Source of the DNA: Eledone cirrhosa
Lineage: Eukaryota
Assembly: GCA_964016885.1 (NCBI GenBank)
Contig: OZ024740.1
Span: 429,784,001 to 429,848,000, forward strand
Length of the DNA stretch: 64,000 nucleotides
Reading direction: 5' to 3'
Position 1 is the stretch's first letter; each line of letters starts with the position of its first letter. Shown piece by piece: positions 13,112 to 31,100 of the stretch. A program made the translations under genes and the position numbers. The notes under the pieces were generated by a model. That model saw nothing but the letters and a program-made list of their open reading frames with translations. It was not told the DNA's origin and made no database searches.

Positions 13112-16100
13112 ACTGTTATATTATTCTAAATAACAACCTAATATTACTACCTATATCATTACTGTTATATTATTCTAAATAACAACCTAATATTACTACC
13201 TATATAATTACTGTTATATTATTTTAAATAACAACCTAATATTACTACCTATATCATTTCTGTTATATTATTCTAAATAACAACCTAATATTACAACCTA
13301 TATCATTACTGTTATATTATTCTAAATAACAACCTAATATTACAACCTATATCATTACTGTTATATTATTCTAAATAACAACCTAATATTACAACCTATA
13401 TCATTACTGTTATATTATTCTAAATAACAACCTAATATTACTACCTATATCATTACTGTTATATTATTCAAAATAACAACCAAATATTACTACCTATATC
13501 ATTACTCTTATATTATTCTAAATAACAACCTAATATTACTACCTATATTATTACTCTTATATTATTCTAAATAACAACCTAATATTACTACCTATATCAT
13601 TACTGTTATATTATTCTAAATAACAACCTAATATTACTACCTATATCATTACTGTTATATTATTCTAAATAACAACCTAATATTACTACCTATATCATTA
13701 CTGTTATATTATTTTAAATAACAACCTAATATTACTACCTATATCATTACTGTTATATTATTCTAAATAACAACCTAATATTACTACCTATATCATTACT
13801 GTTATATTATTCTAAAGAACAACCTAATATTACAACCTATATCATTACTGTTATATTATTCTAAATAACAACCTAATATTACAACCTATATCATTATTGT
13901 TATATTATTCTAAATAACAACATAATATTACAACCTATATCATTACTGTTATATTATTCTAAATAACAACCTAATATTACTACCTATATCATTACTGTTA
14001 TATTATTTTAAATAACCTAATATTACTACCTATATCATTCCTGTTATATTATTCGAAATAACAACCTAATATTACTACCTATATCATTACTGTTATATTA
14101 TTTTAAATAACAACCTAAAATTACTACCTATATCATTACTGTTATATTATTCTAAATAACAACCTAATATTACTACCTATATTATTACTGTTATATTATT
14201 CTAAATAACAACATTATATTACTACCTATATCATTACTGTTATATTATTTTAAATAACAACCTAATATTACTACCTATATCATTACTGTTATATTATTCT
14301 AAATAACAACCTAATATTACTACCTATATCATTACTGTTATATTATTCTAAATAACAAGCTAATATTACTACCTATATAATTACTGTTATATTATTTTAA
14401 ATAACAACCTAATATTACTACCTATATCATTACTGTTATATTATTCTAAATAACAACCTAATATTACAACCTATATCATTACTGTTATATTATTCTAAAT
14501 AACAACCTAATATTACAGCCTATATCATTACTGTTATATTATTCTAAATAACAACCTAATATTACAACCTATATCATTACTGTTATATTATTCTAAATAA
14601 CAACCTAATATTACTACCTATATCATTACTGTTATATTATTCAAAATAACAACCAAATATTACTATCTATATCATTACTGTTATATTATTCTAAATAACA
14701 ACCTAATATTACTACCTATATTATTACTGTTATATTATTCTAAATAACAACCTAATATTACTACCTATATCATTACTGTTATATTATTTTAAATAACAAC
14801 CTAATATTACTACCTATATCATTACTGTTATATTATTCTAAATAACAACCTAATATTACTACCTATATCATTACTGTTATATTATTCTAAATAACAACCT
14901 AATATTACTACCTATATCATTACTGTTATATTATTCTAAATAACAACCTAATATTACTACCTATATCATTACTGTTATTTTATTCTAAATAATAACCTAA
15001 TATTACTACCTATATCATTACTGTTATATTATTCTAAATAACAACCTAATATTACTACCTATATCATTACTGTTATATTATTCTAAACAACAACCTAATA
15101 TTACTACCTATATCATTACTGTTATATTATTCTAAATAACAACCTAATATTACTACCTATATCATTACTGTTATATTATTCTAAACAACAACCTAATATT
15201 ACTACCTATATCATTACTGTTATATTATTCTAAATAACAACCTAATATTACTACCTATATCATTACTGTTATATTATTTTAAATAACAACCTAATATTTC
15301 TACCTATATCATTACTGTTATATTATTCTAAATAACAACCTAATATTACTACCTATATCATTACTGTTATATTATTTTAAATAACAACCTAATATTACTA
15401 CCTATATCATTACTGTTATATTATTCTAAATAACAACCTAATATTACTACCTATATCATTACTGTTATATTATTCTAAATAATAACCTAATATTACTACC
15501 TATATCATTACTGTTATATTATTCTAAATAACAACCTTAATATTACTACCTATATCATTACTGTTATATTATTCTAAATAACAACCTAATATTACTGCCT
15601 ATATCATTACTGTTATATTATTCTAAATAACAACCTAATATTACTACCTATATCATTACTGTTATATTATTCTAAATAACAACCTAATATTACTACCTAT
15701 ATCATTACTGTTATATTATTCTAAATAACAACCTAATATTACAACCTATATCATTACTGTTATATTATTCTAAATAACAACCTAATATTACTACCTATAT
15801 CATTACTGTTATATTATTTTAAATAACAACCTAATATTACTACCTATATCATTACTGTTATATTATTCTAAATAACAACCTAATATTACTACCTATATCA
15901 TTACTGTTATATTATTCTAAATAATAACCTAATATTACTACCTATATCATTACTGTTATATTATTCTAAATAACAACCTAATATTACTACCTATATCATT
16001 ACTGTTATATTATTCTAAATAACAACCTAATATTACTACCTATATCATTACTGTTATATTATTCTAAATAACAACCTAATAGTACTACCTATATCATTAC

Positions 16101-19100
16101 TGTTATATTATTTTAAATAACAACCTAATATTACTACCTATATCATTACTGTTATATTATTCTAAATAACAACCTAATATTACTAACTATATCATTACTG
16201 TTATATTATTCTAAATAACAACCTAATATTACTACCTATATCATTACTGTTATATTATTTTAAATAACAACCTAATATTACTACCTATATCATTACTGTT
16301 ATATTATTCTAAATAACAACCTAATATTACTACCTATATCATTACTGTTATATTATTCTAAATAACAACCTAATATTACTACCTATATCATTACTGTTAT
16401 ATTATTCTAAATAATAACCTAATATTACTACCTATATCATTACTGTTATATTATTTTAAATAACAACCTAATATTACAACCTATATCATTACTGTCATAT
16501 TATTCTAAATAACAATTTAATATTACTACCTATATTATTACTGTTATATTATTCTAAATAACAACCTAATATTACTACCTATATCATTACTGTTATATTA
16601 TTCTAAATAACAACCTAATATTACTACCTATATCATTACTGTTATATTATTCTAAATAACAACCTAATATTACAACCTATATCATTACTGTTATATTATT
16701 CTGAATAACAACCTAATATTACAACCTATATCATTACTGTTATATTATTCTAAATAACAACATAATATTACAACCTATATCATTACTGTTATATTATTCT
16801 AAATAACAACCTAATATTACTACCTATATCATTACTGTTATATTATTCTAAATAACAACCTAATATTACTAACTATATCATTACTGTTATATTATTCTAA
16901 ATAACAACCTAATATTACTACCTATATCATTACTGTTATATTATTCTAAATAACAACCTAATATTACAACCTATATCATTACTGTTATATTATTCTAAAT
17001 AACAACCTAATATTACAACCTATATCATTACTGTTATATTATTCTAAATAACAACCTAATATTACTACCTATATCATTACTGTTATATTATTCAAAATAA
17101 CAACCAAATATTACTACCTATATCATTACTGTTATATTATTCTAAATAACAACCTAATATTACTACCTATATCATTACTGTTATATTATTTTAAATAACA
17201 ACCTAATATTACTACCTATATCATTACTGTTATATTATTCTAAATAACAACCTAATATTACTAACTATATCATTACTGTTATATTATTCTAAATAACAAC
17301 CTAATATTACTACCTATATCATTACTGTTATATTATTTTAAATAACAACCTAATATTACTACCTATATCATTACTGTTATATTATTCTAAATAACAACCT
17401 AATATTACTACCTATATCATTACTGTTATATTATTCTAAATAACAACCTAATATTACTACCTATATCATTACTGTTATATTATTCTAAATAATAACCTAA
17501 TATTACTACCTATATCATTACTGTTATATTATTTTAAATAACAACCTAATATTACAACCTATATCATTACTGTCATATTATTCTAAATAACAATTTAATA
17601 TTACTACCTATATTATTACTGTTATATTATTCTAAATAACAACCTAATATTACTACCTATATCATTACTGTTATATTATTCTAAATAACAACCTAATATT
17701 ACTACCTATATCATTACTGTTATATTATTCTAAATAACAACCTAATATTACAACCTATATTATTACTGTTATATTATTCTGAATAACAACCTAATATTAC
17801 AACCTATATCATTACTGTTATATTATTCTAAATAACAACATAATATTACAACCTATATCATTACTGTTATATTATTCTAAATAACAACCTAATATTACTA
17901 CCTATATCATTACTGTTATATTATTCTAAATAACAACCTAATATTACTAACTATATCATTACTGTTATATTATTCTAAATAACAACCTAATATTACTACC
18001 TATATCATTACTGTTATATTATTCTAAATAACAACCTAATATTACAACCTATATCATTACTGTTATATTATTCTAAATAACAACCTAATATTACAACCTA
18101 TATCATTACTGTTATATTATTCTAAATAACAACCTAATATTACTACCTATATCATTACTGTTATATTATTCTAAATAACAACCTAATATTACAACCTATA
18201 TCATTACTGTTATATTATTCTAAATAACAACCTAATATTACTACCTATATCATTACTGTTATATTATTTTAAATAACAACCTAATATTACTACCTATATC
18301 ATTACTGTTATATTATTCTAAATAACAACCTAATATTACTACCTATATCATTACTGTTATATTATTCTAAATAATAACCTAATATTACTACCTATATCAT
18401 TACTGTTATATTATTCTAAATAACAACCTAATATTACTACCTATATCATTACTGTTATATTATTCTAAATAACAACCTCATATTACTACCTATATCATTA
18501 CTGTTATATTATTCTAAATAACAACCTAATATTACTACCTATATCATTACTGTTATATTATTTTAAATAACAACCTAATATTACTACCTATATCATTACT
18601 GTTATATTATTCTAAATAACAACCTAATATTACTAACTATATCATTACTGTTATATTATTCTAAATAACAACCTAATATTACTACCTATATCATTACTGT
18701 TATATTATTTTAAATAACAACCTAATATTACTACCTATATCATTACTGTTATATTATTCTAAATAACAACCTAATATTACTACCTATATCATTACTGTTA
18801 TATTATTCTAAATAACAACCTAATATTACTACCTATATCATTACTGTTATATTATTCTAAATAATAACCTAATATTACTACCTATATCATTACTGTTATA
18901 TTATTTTAAATAACAACCTAATATTACAACCTATATCATTACTGTCATATTATTCTAAATAACAATTTAATATTACTACCTATATTATTACTGTTATATT
19001 ATTCTAAATAACAACCTAATATTACTACCTATATCATTACTGTTATATTATTCTAAATAACAACCTAATATTACTACCTATATCATTACTGTTATATTAT

Positions 19101-22100
19101 TCTAAATAACAACCTAATATTACTACCTATATCATTACTGTTATATTATTCTAAATAACAACCTAATATTACTAACTATATCATTACTGTTATATTATTC
19201 TAAATAACAACCTAATATTACTACCTATATCATTACTGTTATATTATTCTAAATAACAACCTAATATTACAAGCTATATCATTACTGTTATATTATTCTA
19301 AATAACAACCTAATATTACAACCTATATCATTACTGTTATATTATTCTAAATAACAACCTAATATTACTACCTATATCATTACTGTTATATTATTCAAAA
19401 TAACAACCAAATATTACTACCTATATCATTACTGTTATATTATTCTAAATAACAACCTAATATTACTACCTATATTATTACTGTTATATTATTCTAAATA
19501 ACAACCCAATATTACTACCTATATCATTACTGTTATATTATTTTAAATAACAACCTAATATTACTACCTATATTATTACTGTTATATTATTCTAAATAAC
19601 AACCTAATATTACTACCTATATCATTACTGTTATATTATTCTAAATAACAACCTAATATTACTACCTATATCATTACTGTTATATTATTCTAAATAACAA
19701 CCTAATATTACAACCTATATCATTACTGTTATATTATTCTGAATAACAACCTAATATTACAACCTATATCATTACTGTTATATTATTCTAAATAACAACA
19801 TAATATTACAACCTATATCATTACTGTTATATTATTCTAAATAACAACCTAATATTACAACCTATATCATTACTGTTATATTATTCTAAATAACAACCTA
19901 ATATTACTAACTATATCATTACTGTTATATTATTCTAAATAACAACCTAATATTACTACCTATATCATTACTGTTATATTATTCTAAATAACAACCTAAT
20001 ATTACAACCTATATCATTACTGTTATATTATTCTAAATAACAACCTAATATTACAACCTATATCATTACTGTTATATTATTCTAAATAACAACCTAATAT
20101 TACTACCTATATCATTACTGTTATATTATTCAAAATAACAACCAAATATTACTACCTATATCATTACTGTTATATTATTCTAAATAACAACCTAATATTA
20201 CTACCTATATCATTACTGTTATATTATTTTAAATAACAACCTAATATTACTACCTATATCATTACTGTTATATTATTCTAAATAACAACCTAATATTACT
20301 AACTATATCATTACTGTTATATTATTCTAAATAACAACCTAATATTACTACCTATATCATTACTGTTATATTATTTTAAATAACAACCTAATATTACTAC
20401 CTATATCATTACTGTTATATTATTCTAAATAACAACCTAATATTACTACCTATATCATTACTGTTATATTATTCTAAATAACAACCTAATATTACTACCT
20501 ATATCATTACTGTTATATTAATCTAAATAATAACCTAATATTACTACCTATATCATTACTGTTATATTATTTTAAATAACAACCTAATATTACAACCTAT
20601 ATCATTACTGTCATATTATTCTAAATAACAATTTAATATTACTACCTATATTATTACTGTTATATTATTCTAAATAACAACCTAATATTACTACCTATAT
20701 CATTACTGTTATATTATTCTAAATAACAACCTAATATTACTACCTATATCATTACTGTTATATTATTCTAAATAACAACCTAATATTACAACCTATATTA
20801 TTACTGTTATATTATTCTGAATAACAACCTAATATTACAACCTATATCATTACTGTTATATTATTCTAAATAACAACATAATATTACAACCTATATCATT
20901 ACTGTTATATTATTCTAAATAACAACCTAATATTACTACCTATATCATTACTGTTATATTATTCTAAATAACAACCTAATATTACTAACTATATCATTAC
21001 TGTTATATTATTCTAAATAACAACCTAATATTACTACCTATATCATTACTGTTATATTATTCTAAATAACAACCTAATATTACAACCTATATCATTACTG
21101 TTATATTATTCTAAATAACAACCTAATATTACAACCTATATCATTACTGTTATATTATTCTAAATAATAACCTAATATTACTACCTATATCATTACTGTT
21201 ATATTATTCTAAATAACAACCTAATATTACAACCTATATCATTACTGTTATATTATTCTAAATAACAACCTAATATTACTACCTATATCATTACTGTTAT
21301 ATTATTTTAAATAACAACCTAATATTACTACCTATATCATTACTGTTATATTATTCTAAATAACAACCTAATATTACTACCTATATCATTACTGTTATAT
21401 TATTCTAAATAATAACCTAATATTACTACCTATATCATTACTGTTATATTATTCTAAATAACAACCTAATATTACTACCTATGTCATTACTGTTATATTA
21501 TTCTAAATAACAACCTCATATTACTACCTATATCATTACTGTTATATTATTCTAAATAACAACCTAATATTACTACCTATATCATTACTGTTATATTATT
21601 TTAAATAACAACCTAATATTACTACCTATATCATTACTGTTATATTATTCTAAATAACAACCTAATATTACTAACTATATCATTACTGTTATATTATTCT
21701 AAATAACAACCTAATATTACTACCTATATCATTACTGTTATATTATTCTAAATAACAACCTAATATTACAACCTATATCATTACTGTTATATTATTCTAA
21801 ATAACAACCTAATATTACAACCTATATCATTACTGTTATATTATTCTAAATAACAACCTAATATTACTACCTATATCATTACTGTTATATTATTCTAAAT
21901 AACAACCTAATATTACAACCTATATCATTACTGTTATATTATTCTAAATAACAACCTAATATTACTACCTATATCATTACTGTTATATTATTTTAAATAA
22001 CAACCTAATATTACTACCTATATCATTACTGTTATATTATTCTAAATAACAACCTAATATTACTACCTATATCATTACTGTTATATTATTCTAAATAATA

Positions 22101-25100
22101 ACCTAATATTACTACCTATATCATTACTGTTATATTATTCTAAATAACAACCTAATATTACTACCTATATCATTACTGTTATATTATTCTAAATAACAAC
22201 CTCATATTACTACCTATATCATTACTGTTATATTATTCTAAATAACAACCTAATATTACTACCTATATCATTACTGTTATATTATTTTAAATAACAACCT
22301 AATATTACTACCTATATCATTACTGTTATATTATTCTAAATAACAACCTAATATTACTAACTATATCATTACTGTTATATTATTCTAAATAACAACCTAA
22401 TATTACTACCTATATCATTACTGTTATATTATTTTAAATAACAACCTAATATTACTACCTATATCATTACTGTTATATTATTCTAAATAACAACCTAATA
22501 TTACTACCTATATCATTACTGTTATATTATTCTAAATAACAACCTAATATTACTACCTATATCATTACTGTTATATTATTCTAAATAATAACCTAATATT
22601 ACTACCTATATCATTACTGTTATATTATTTTAAATAACAACCTAATATTACAACCTATATCATTACTGTCATATTATTCTAAATAACAATTTAATATTAC
22701 TACCTATATTATTACTGTTATATTATTCTAAATAACAACCTAATATTACTACCTATATCATTACTGTTATATTATTCTAAATAACAACCTAATATTACTA
22801 CCTATATCATTACTGTTATATTATTCTAAATAACAACCTAATATTACTACCTATATCATTACTGTTATATTATTCTAAATAACAACCTAATATTACTAAC
22901 TATATCATTACTGTTATATTATTCTAAATAACAACCTAATATTACTACCTATATCATTACTGTTATATTATTCTAAATAACAACCTAATATTACAACCTA
23001 TATCATTACTGTTATATTATTCTAAATAACAACCTAATATTACAACCTATATCATTACTGTTATATTATTCTAAATAACAACCTAATATTACTACCTATA
23101 TCATTACTGTTATATTATTCAAAATAACAACCAAATATTACTACCTATATCATTACTGTTATATTATTCTAAATAACAACCTAATATTACTACCTATATT
23201 ATTACTGTTATATTATTCTAAATAACAACCTAATATTACTACCTATATCATTATTGTTATATTATTTTAAATAACAACCTAATATTACTACCTATATTAT
23301 TACTGTTATATTATTCTAAATAACAACCTAATATTACTACCTATATCATTACTGTTATATTATTCTAAATAACAACCTAATATTACTACCTATATCATTA
23401 CTGTTATATTATTCTAAATAACAACCTAATATTACAACCTATATCATTACTGTTATATTATTCTGAATAACAACCTAATATTACAACCTATATCATTACT
23501 GTTATATTATTCTAAATAACAACATAATATTACAACCTATATCATTACTGTTATATTATTCTAAATAACAACCTAATATTACAACCTATATCATTACTGT
23601 TATATTATTCTAAATAACAACCTAATATTACTAACTATATCATTACTGTTATATTATTCTAAATAACAACCTGATATTACTACCTATATCATTACTGTTA
23701 TATTATTCTAAATAACAACCTAATATTACAACCTATATCATTACTGTTATATTATTCTAAATAACAACCTAATATTACAACCTATATCATTACTGTTATA
23801 TTATTCTAAATAACAACCTAATATTACTACCTATATCATTACTGTTATATTATTCAAAATAACAACCAAATATTACTACCTATATCATTACTGTTATATT
23901 ATTCTAAATAACAACCTAATATTACTACCTATATCATTACTGTTATATTATTTTAAATAACAACCTAATATTACTACCTATATCATTACTGTTATATTAT
24001 TCTAAATAACAACCTAATATTACTAACTATATCATTACTGTTATATTATTCTAAATAACAACCTAATATTACTACCTATATCATTACTGTTATATTATTT
24101 TAAATAACAACCTAATATTACTACCTATATCATTACTGTTATATTATTCTAAATAACAACCTAATATTACTACCTATATCATTACTGTTATATTATTCTA
24201 AATAACAACCTAATATTACTACCTATATCATTACTGTTATATTATTCTAAATAATAACCTAATATTACTACCTATATCATTACTGTTATATTATTTTAAA
24301 TAACAACCTAATATTACAACCTATATCATTACTGTCATATTATTCTAAATAACAATTTAATATTACTACCTATATTATTACTGTTATATTATTCTAAATA
24401 ACAACCTAATATTACTACCTATATCATTACTGTTATATTATTCTAAATAACAACCTAATATTACTACCTATATCATTACTGTTATATTATTCTAAATAAC
24501 AACCTAATATTACAACCTATATTATTACTGTTATATTATTCTGAATAACAACCTAATATTACAACCTATATCATTACTGTTATATTATTCTAAATAACAA
24601 CATAATATTACAACCTATATCATTACTGTTATATTATTCTAAATAACAACCTAATATTACTACCTATATCATTACTGTTATATTATTCTAAATAACAACC
24701 TAATATTACTAACTATATCATTACTGTTATATTATTCTAAATAACAACCTAATATTACTACCTATATCATTACTGTTATATTATTCTAAATAACAACCTA
24801 ATATTACAACCTATATCATTACTGTTATATTATTCTAAATAACAACCTAATATTACAACCTATATCATTACTGTTATATTATTCTAAATAATAACCTAAT
24901 ATTACTACCTATATCATTACTGTTATATTATTCTAAATAACAACCTAATATTACAACCTATATCATTACTGTTATATTATTCTAAATAACAACCTAATAT
25001 TACTACCTATATCATTACTGTTATATTATTTTAAATAACAACCTAATATTACTACCTATATCATTACTGTTATATTATTCTAAATAACAACCTAATATTA

Positions 25101-28100
25101 CTACCTATATCATTACTGTTATATTATTCTAAATAATAACCTAATATTACTACCTATATCATTACTGTTATATTATTCTAAATAACAACCTAATATTACT
25201 ACCTATATCATTACTGTTATATTATTCTAAATAACAACCTCATATTACTACCTATATCATTACTGTTATATTATTCTAAATAACAACCTAATATTACTAC
25301 CTATATCATTACTGTTATATTATTTTAAATAACAACCTAATATTACTACCTATATCATTACTGTTATATTATTCTAAATAACAACCTAATATTACTAACT
25401 ATATCATTACTGTAATATTATTCTAAATAACAACCTAATATTACTACCTATATCATTACTGTTATATTATTTTAAATAACAACCTAATATTACTACCTAT
25501 ATCATTACTGTTATATTATTCTAAATAACAACCTAATATTACTACCTATATCATTACTGTTATATTATTCTAAATAACAACCTAATATTACTACCTATAT
25601 CATTACTGTTATATTATTCTAAATAATAACCTAATATTACTACCTATATCATTACTGTTATATTATTTTAAATAACAACCTAATATTACAACCTATATCA
25701 TTACTGTCATATTATTCTAAATAACAATTTAATATTACTACCTATATTATTACTGTTATATTATTCTAAATAACAACCTAATATTACTACCTATATCATT
25801 ACTGTTATATTATTCTAAATAACAACCTAATATTACTACCTATATCATTACTGTTATATTATTCTAAATAACAACCTAATATTACAACCTATATCATTAC
25901 TGTTATATTATTCTGAATAACAACCTAATATTACAACCTATATCATTACTGTTATATTATTCTAAATAACAACATAATATTACAACCTATATCATTACTG
26001 TTATATTATTCTAAATAACAACCTAATATTACTACCTATATCATTACTGTTATATTATTCTAAATAACAACCTAATATTACTAACTATATCATTACTGTT
26101 ATATTATTCTAAATAACAACCTAATATTACTACCTATATCATTACTGTTATATTATTCTAAATAACAACCTAATATTACAACCTATATCATTACTGTTAT
26201 ATTATTCTAAATAACAACCTAATATTACAACCTATATCATTACTGTTATATTATTCTAAATAACAACCTAATATTACTACCTATATCATTACTGTTATAT
26301 TATTCAAAATAACAACCAAATATTACTACCTATATCATTACTGTTATATTATTCTAAATAACAACCTAATATTACTACCTATATTATTACTGTTATATTA
26401 TTCTAAATAACAACCTAATATTACTACCTATATCATTACTGTTATATTATTTTAAATAACAACCTAATATTACTACCTATATCATTACTGTTATATTATT
26501 CTAAATAACAACCTAATATTACTACCTATATCATTACTGTTATATTATTCTAAATAACAACCTAATATTACTACCTATATCATTACTGTTATATTATTCT
26601 AAATAACAACCTAATATTACTACCTATATCATTACTGTTATTTTATTCTAAATAATAACCTAATATTACTACCTATATCATTACTGTTATATTATTCTAA
26701 ATAACAACCTAATATTACTACCTATATCATTACTGTTATATTATTCTAAACAACAACCTAATATTACTACCTATATCATTACTGTTATATTATTCTAAAT
26801 AACAACCTAATATTACTACCTATATCATTACTGTTATATTATTCTAAACAACAACCTAATATTACTACCTATATCATTACTGTTATATTATTCTAAATAA
26901 CAACCTAATATTACTACCTATATCATTACTGTTATATTATTTTAAATAACAACCTAATATTTCTACCTATATCATTACTGTTATATTATTCTAAATAACA
27001 ACCTAATATTACTACCTATATCATTACTGTTATATTATTTTAAATAACAACCTAATATTACTACCTATATCATTACTGTTATATTATTCTAAACAACAAC
27101 CTAATATTACTACCTATATCATTACTGTTATATTATTCTAAATAACAACCTAATATTACTACCTATATCATTACTGTTATATTATTCTAAACAACTACCT
27201 AATATTACTACCTATATCATTACTGTTATATTATTCTAAATAACAACCTAATATTACTACCTATATCATTACTGTTATATTATTTTAAATAACAACCTAA
27301 TATTTCTACCTATATCATTACTGTTATATTATTCTAAATAACAACCTAATATTACTACCTATATCATTACTGTTATATTATTTTAAATAACAACCTAATA
27401 TTACTACCTATATCATTACTGTTATATTATTCTAAATAACAACCTAATATTACTACCTATATCATTACTGTTATATTATTCTAAATAACAACCTAATATT
27501 ACTGCCTATATCATTACTGTTATATTATTCTAAATAACAACCTAATATTACTACCTATATCATTACTGTTATATTATTCTAAATAACAACCTAATATTAC
27601 TACCTATATCATTACTGTTATATTATTCTAAATAACAACCTAATATTACAACCTATATCATTACTGTTATATTATTCTAAATAACAACCTAATATTACTA
27701 CCTATATCATTACTGTTATATTATTTTAAATAACAACCTAATATTACTACCTATATCATTACTGTTATATTATTCTAAATAACAACCTAATATTACTACC
27801 TATATCATTACTGTTATATTATTCTAAATAATAACCTAATATTACTACCTATATCATTACTGTTATATTATTCTACATAACAACCTAATATTACTACCTA
27901 TATCATTACTGTTATATTATTCTAAATAACAACCTAATATTACTACCTATATCATTACTGTTATATTATTCTAAATAACAACCTAATATTACTACCTATA
28001 TCATTACTGTTATATTATTCTAAATAATAACCTAATATTACTACCTATATCATTACTGTAATATTATTTTAAATAACAACCTAATATTACAACCTATATC

Positions 28101-31100
28101 ATTACTGTCATATTATTCTAAATAACAATTTAATATTACTACCTATATTATTACTGTTATATTATTCTAAATAACAACCTAATATTACTACCTATATCAT
28201 TACTGTTATATTATTCTAAATAACAACCTAATATTACTACCTATATCATTACTGTTATATTATTCTAAATAACAACCTAATATTACAACCTATATCATTA
28301 CTGTTATATTATTCTGAATAACAACCTAATATTACAACCTATATCATTACTGTTATATTATTCTAAATAACAACATAATATTACAACCTATATCATTACT
28401 GTTATATTATTCTAAATAACAACCTAATATTACTACCTATATCATTACTGTTATATTATTTTAAATAACAACCTAATATTACTACCTATATCATTACTGT
28501 TATATTATTCTAAATAACAACCTAATATTACTATCTATATCATTACTGTTATATTATTCTAAATAACAACCTAATATTACTACCTATATCATTACTGTTA
28601 TATTATTTTAAATAACAACCTAATATTACTACCTATATCATTACTGTCATATTATTCTAAATAACAACCTAATATTACTACCTATATCATTACTGTTATA
28701 TTATTCTAAATAACAACCTAATATTACTACCTATATCATTACTGTTATATTATTCTAAATAACAACCTAATATTACTACCTATATCATTACTGTTATATT
28801 ATTTTAAATAACAACCTAATATTACTACCTATATCATTACTGTTATATTATTCTAAATAACAACCTAATATTACTACCTATATCATTACTGTTATATTAT
28901 TCTAAATAACAACCTAATATTACAACCTATATCATTACTGTTATATTATTCTAAATAACAACCTAATATTACTTCCTATATCATTACTGTTATATTATTC
29001 TAAATAACAACCTAATATTACTACCTATATCATTACAGTTATATTATTCTAAATAACAACCTAATATTACTTCCTATATCATTACTGTTATATTATTCTA
29101 AATAACAACCTAATATTACTACCTATATCATTACTGTTATATTATTTTAAATAACAACCTAATATTACTACCTATATCATTACTGTTATATTATTCTAAA
29201 TAACAACCTAATATTACTACCTATATCATTACTGTTATATTATTCTAAATAACAACCTAATATTACAACCTATATCATTACTGTTATATTATTCTAAATA
29301 ACAACCTAATATTACTTCCTATATCATTACTGTTATATTATTCTAAATAACAACCTAATATTACTACCTATATCATTACTGTTATATTATTCTAAATAAC
29401 AACCTAATATTACTACCTATATCATTACTGTTATATTATTCTAAATAACAACCTAATATTACAACCTATATCATTACTGTTATATTATTCTAAATAACAA
29501 CCTAATATTACTTCCTATATCATTACTGTTATATTATTCTAAATAACAACCTAATATTACTACCTATATCATTACTGTTATATTATTCTAAATAACAACC
29601 TAATATTACTACCTATATCATTACTGTTATATTATTCTAAATAACAACCTAATATTACAACCTATATCATTACTGTTATATTATTCTAAATAACAACCTA
29701 ATATTACTTCCTATATCATTACTGTTATATTATTCTAAATAACAACCTAATATTACTTCCTATATCATTACTGTTATATTATTCTAAATAACAACCTAAT
29801 ATTACTACCTATATCATTACTGTTATATTATTTTAAATAACAACCTAATATTACTACCTATATCATTACTGTTATATTATTCTAAATAACAACCTAATAT
29901 TACTACCTATATCATTACTGTTATATTATTCTAAATAACAACCTAATATTACAACCTATATCATTACTGTTATATTATTCTAAATAACAACCTAATATTA
30001 CTTCCTATATCATTACTGTTATATTATTTTAAATAACAACCTAATATTACTACCTATATCATTACTGTTATATTATTCTAAATAACAACCTAATATTACT
30101 ACCTATATCATTACTGTTATATTATTTTAAATAACAACCTAATATTACTACCTATATCATTACTGTTATATTATTATAAATAACAACCTAATATTACTAC
30201 CTATATCATTACTTTTATATTATTCTAAATAACAACCTAATATTTCTACCTATATCATTACTGTTATATTATTCTAAATAACAACCTAATATTACTACCT
30301 ATATCATTACTGTTATATTATTTTAAATAACAACCTAATATTACTACCTATATCATTACTGTTATATTATTCTAAATAACAACCTAATATTACTACCTAT
30401 ATCATTACTGTTATATTATTCTAAATAACAACCTAATATTACTACCTATATCATTACTGTTATATTATTTTAAATAACAACCTAATATTACTACCTATAT
30501 CATTACTGTTATATTATTCTAAATAACAACCTAATATTACTACCTATATCATTACTGTTATATTATTCTAAATAACAACCTAATATTACTACCTATATCA
30601 TTACTTTTATATTATTCTAAATAACAACCTAATATTTCTACCTATATCATTACTGTTATATTATTCTAAATAACAACCTAATATTACTACCTATATCATT
30701 ACTGTTATATTATTTTAAATAACAACCTAATATTACTACCTATATCATTACTGTTATATTATTCTAAATAACAACCTAATATTACTACCTATATCATTAC
30801 TGTTATATTATTCTAAATAACAACCTAATATTACTACCTATATCATTACTGTTATATTATTTTAAATAACAACCTAATATTACTACCTATATCATTACTG
30901 TTATATTATTCTAAATAACAACCTAATATTACTACCTATATCATTACTGTTATATTATTCTAAATAACAACCTAATATTACTACCTATATCATTACTGTT
31001 ATATTATTCTAAATAATAACCTCATATTACTACCTATATCATTACTGTTATATTATTTTAAATAACAACCTAATATTACTACCTATATCATTACTGTTAT

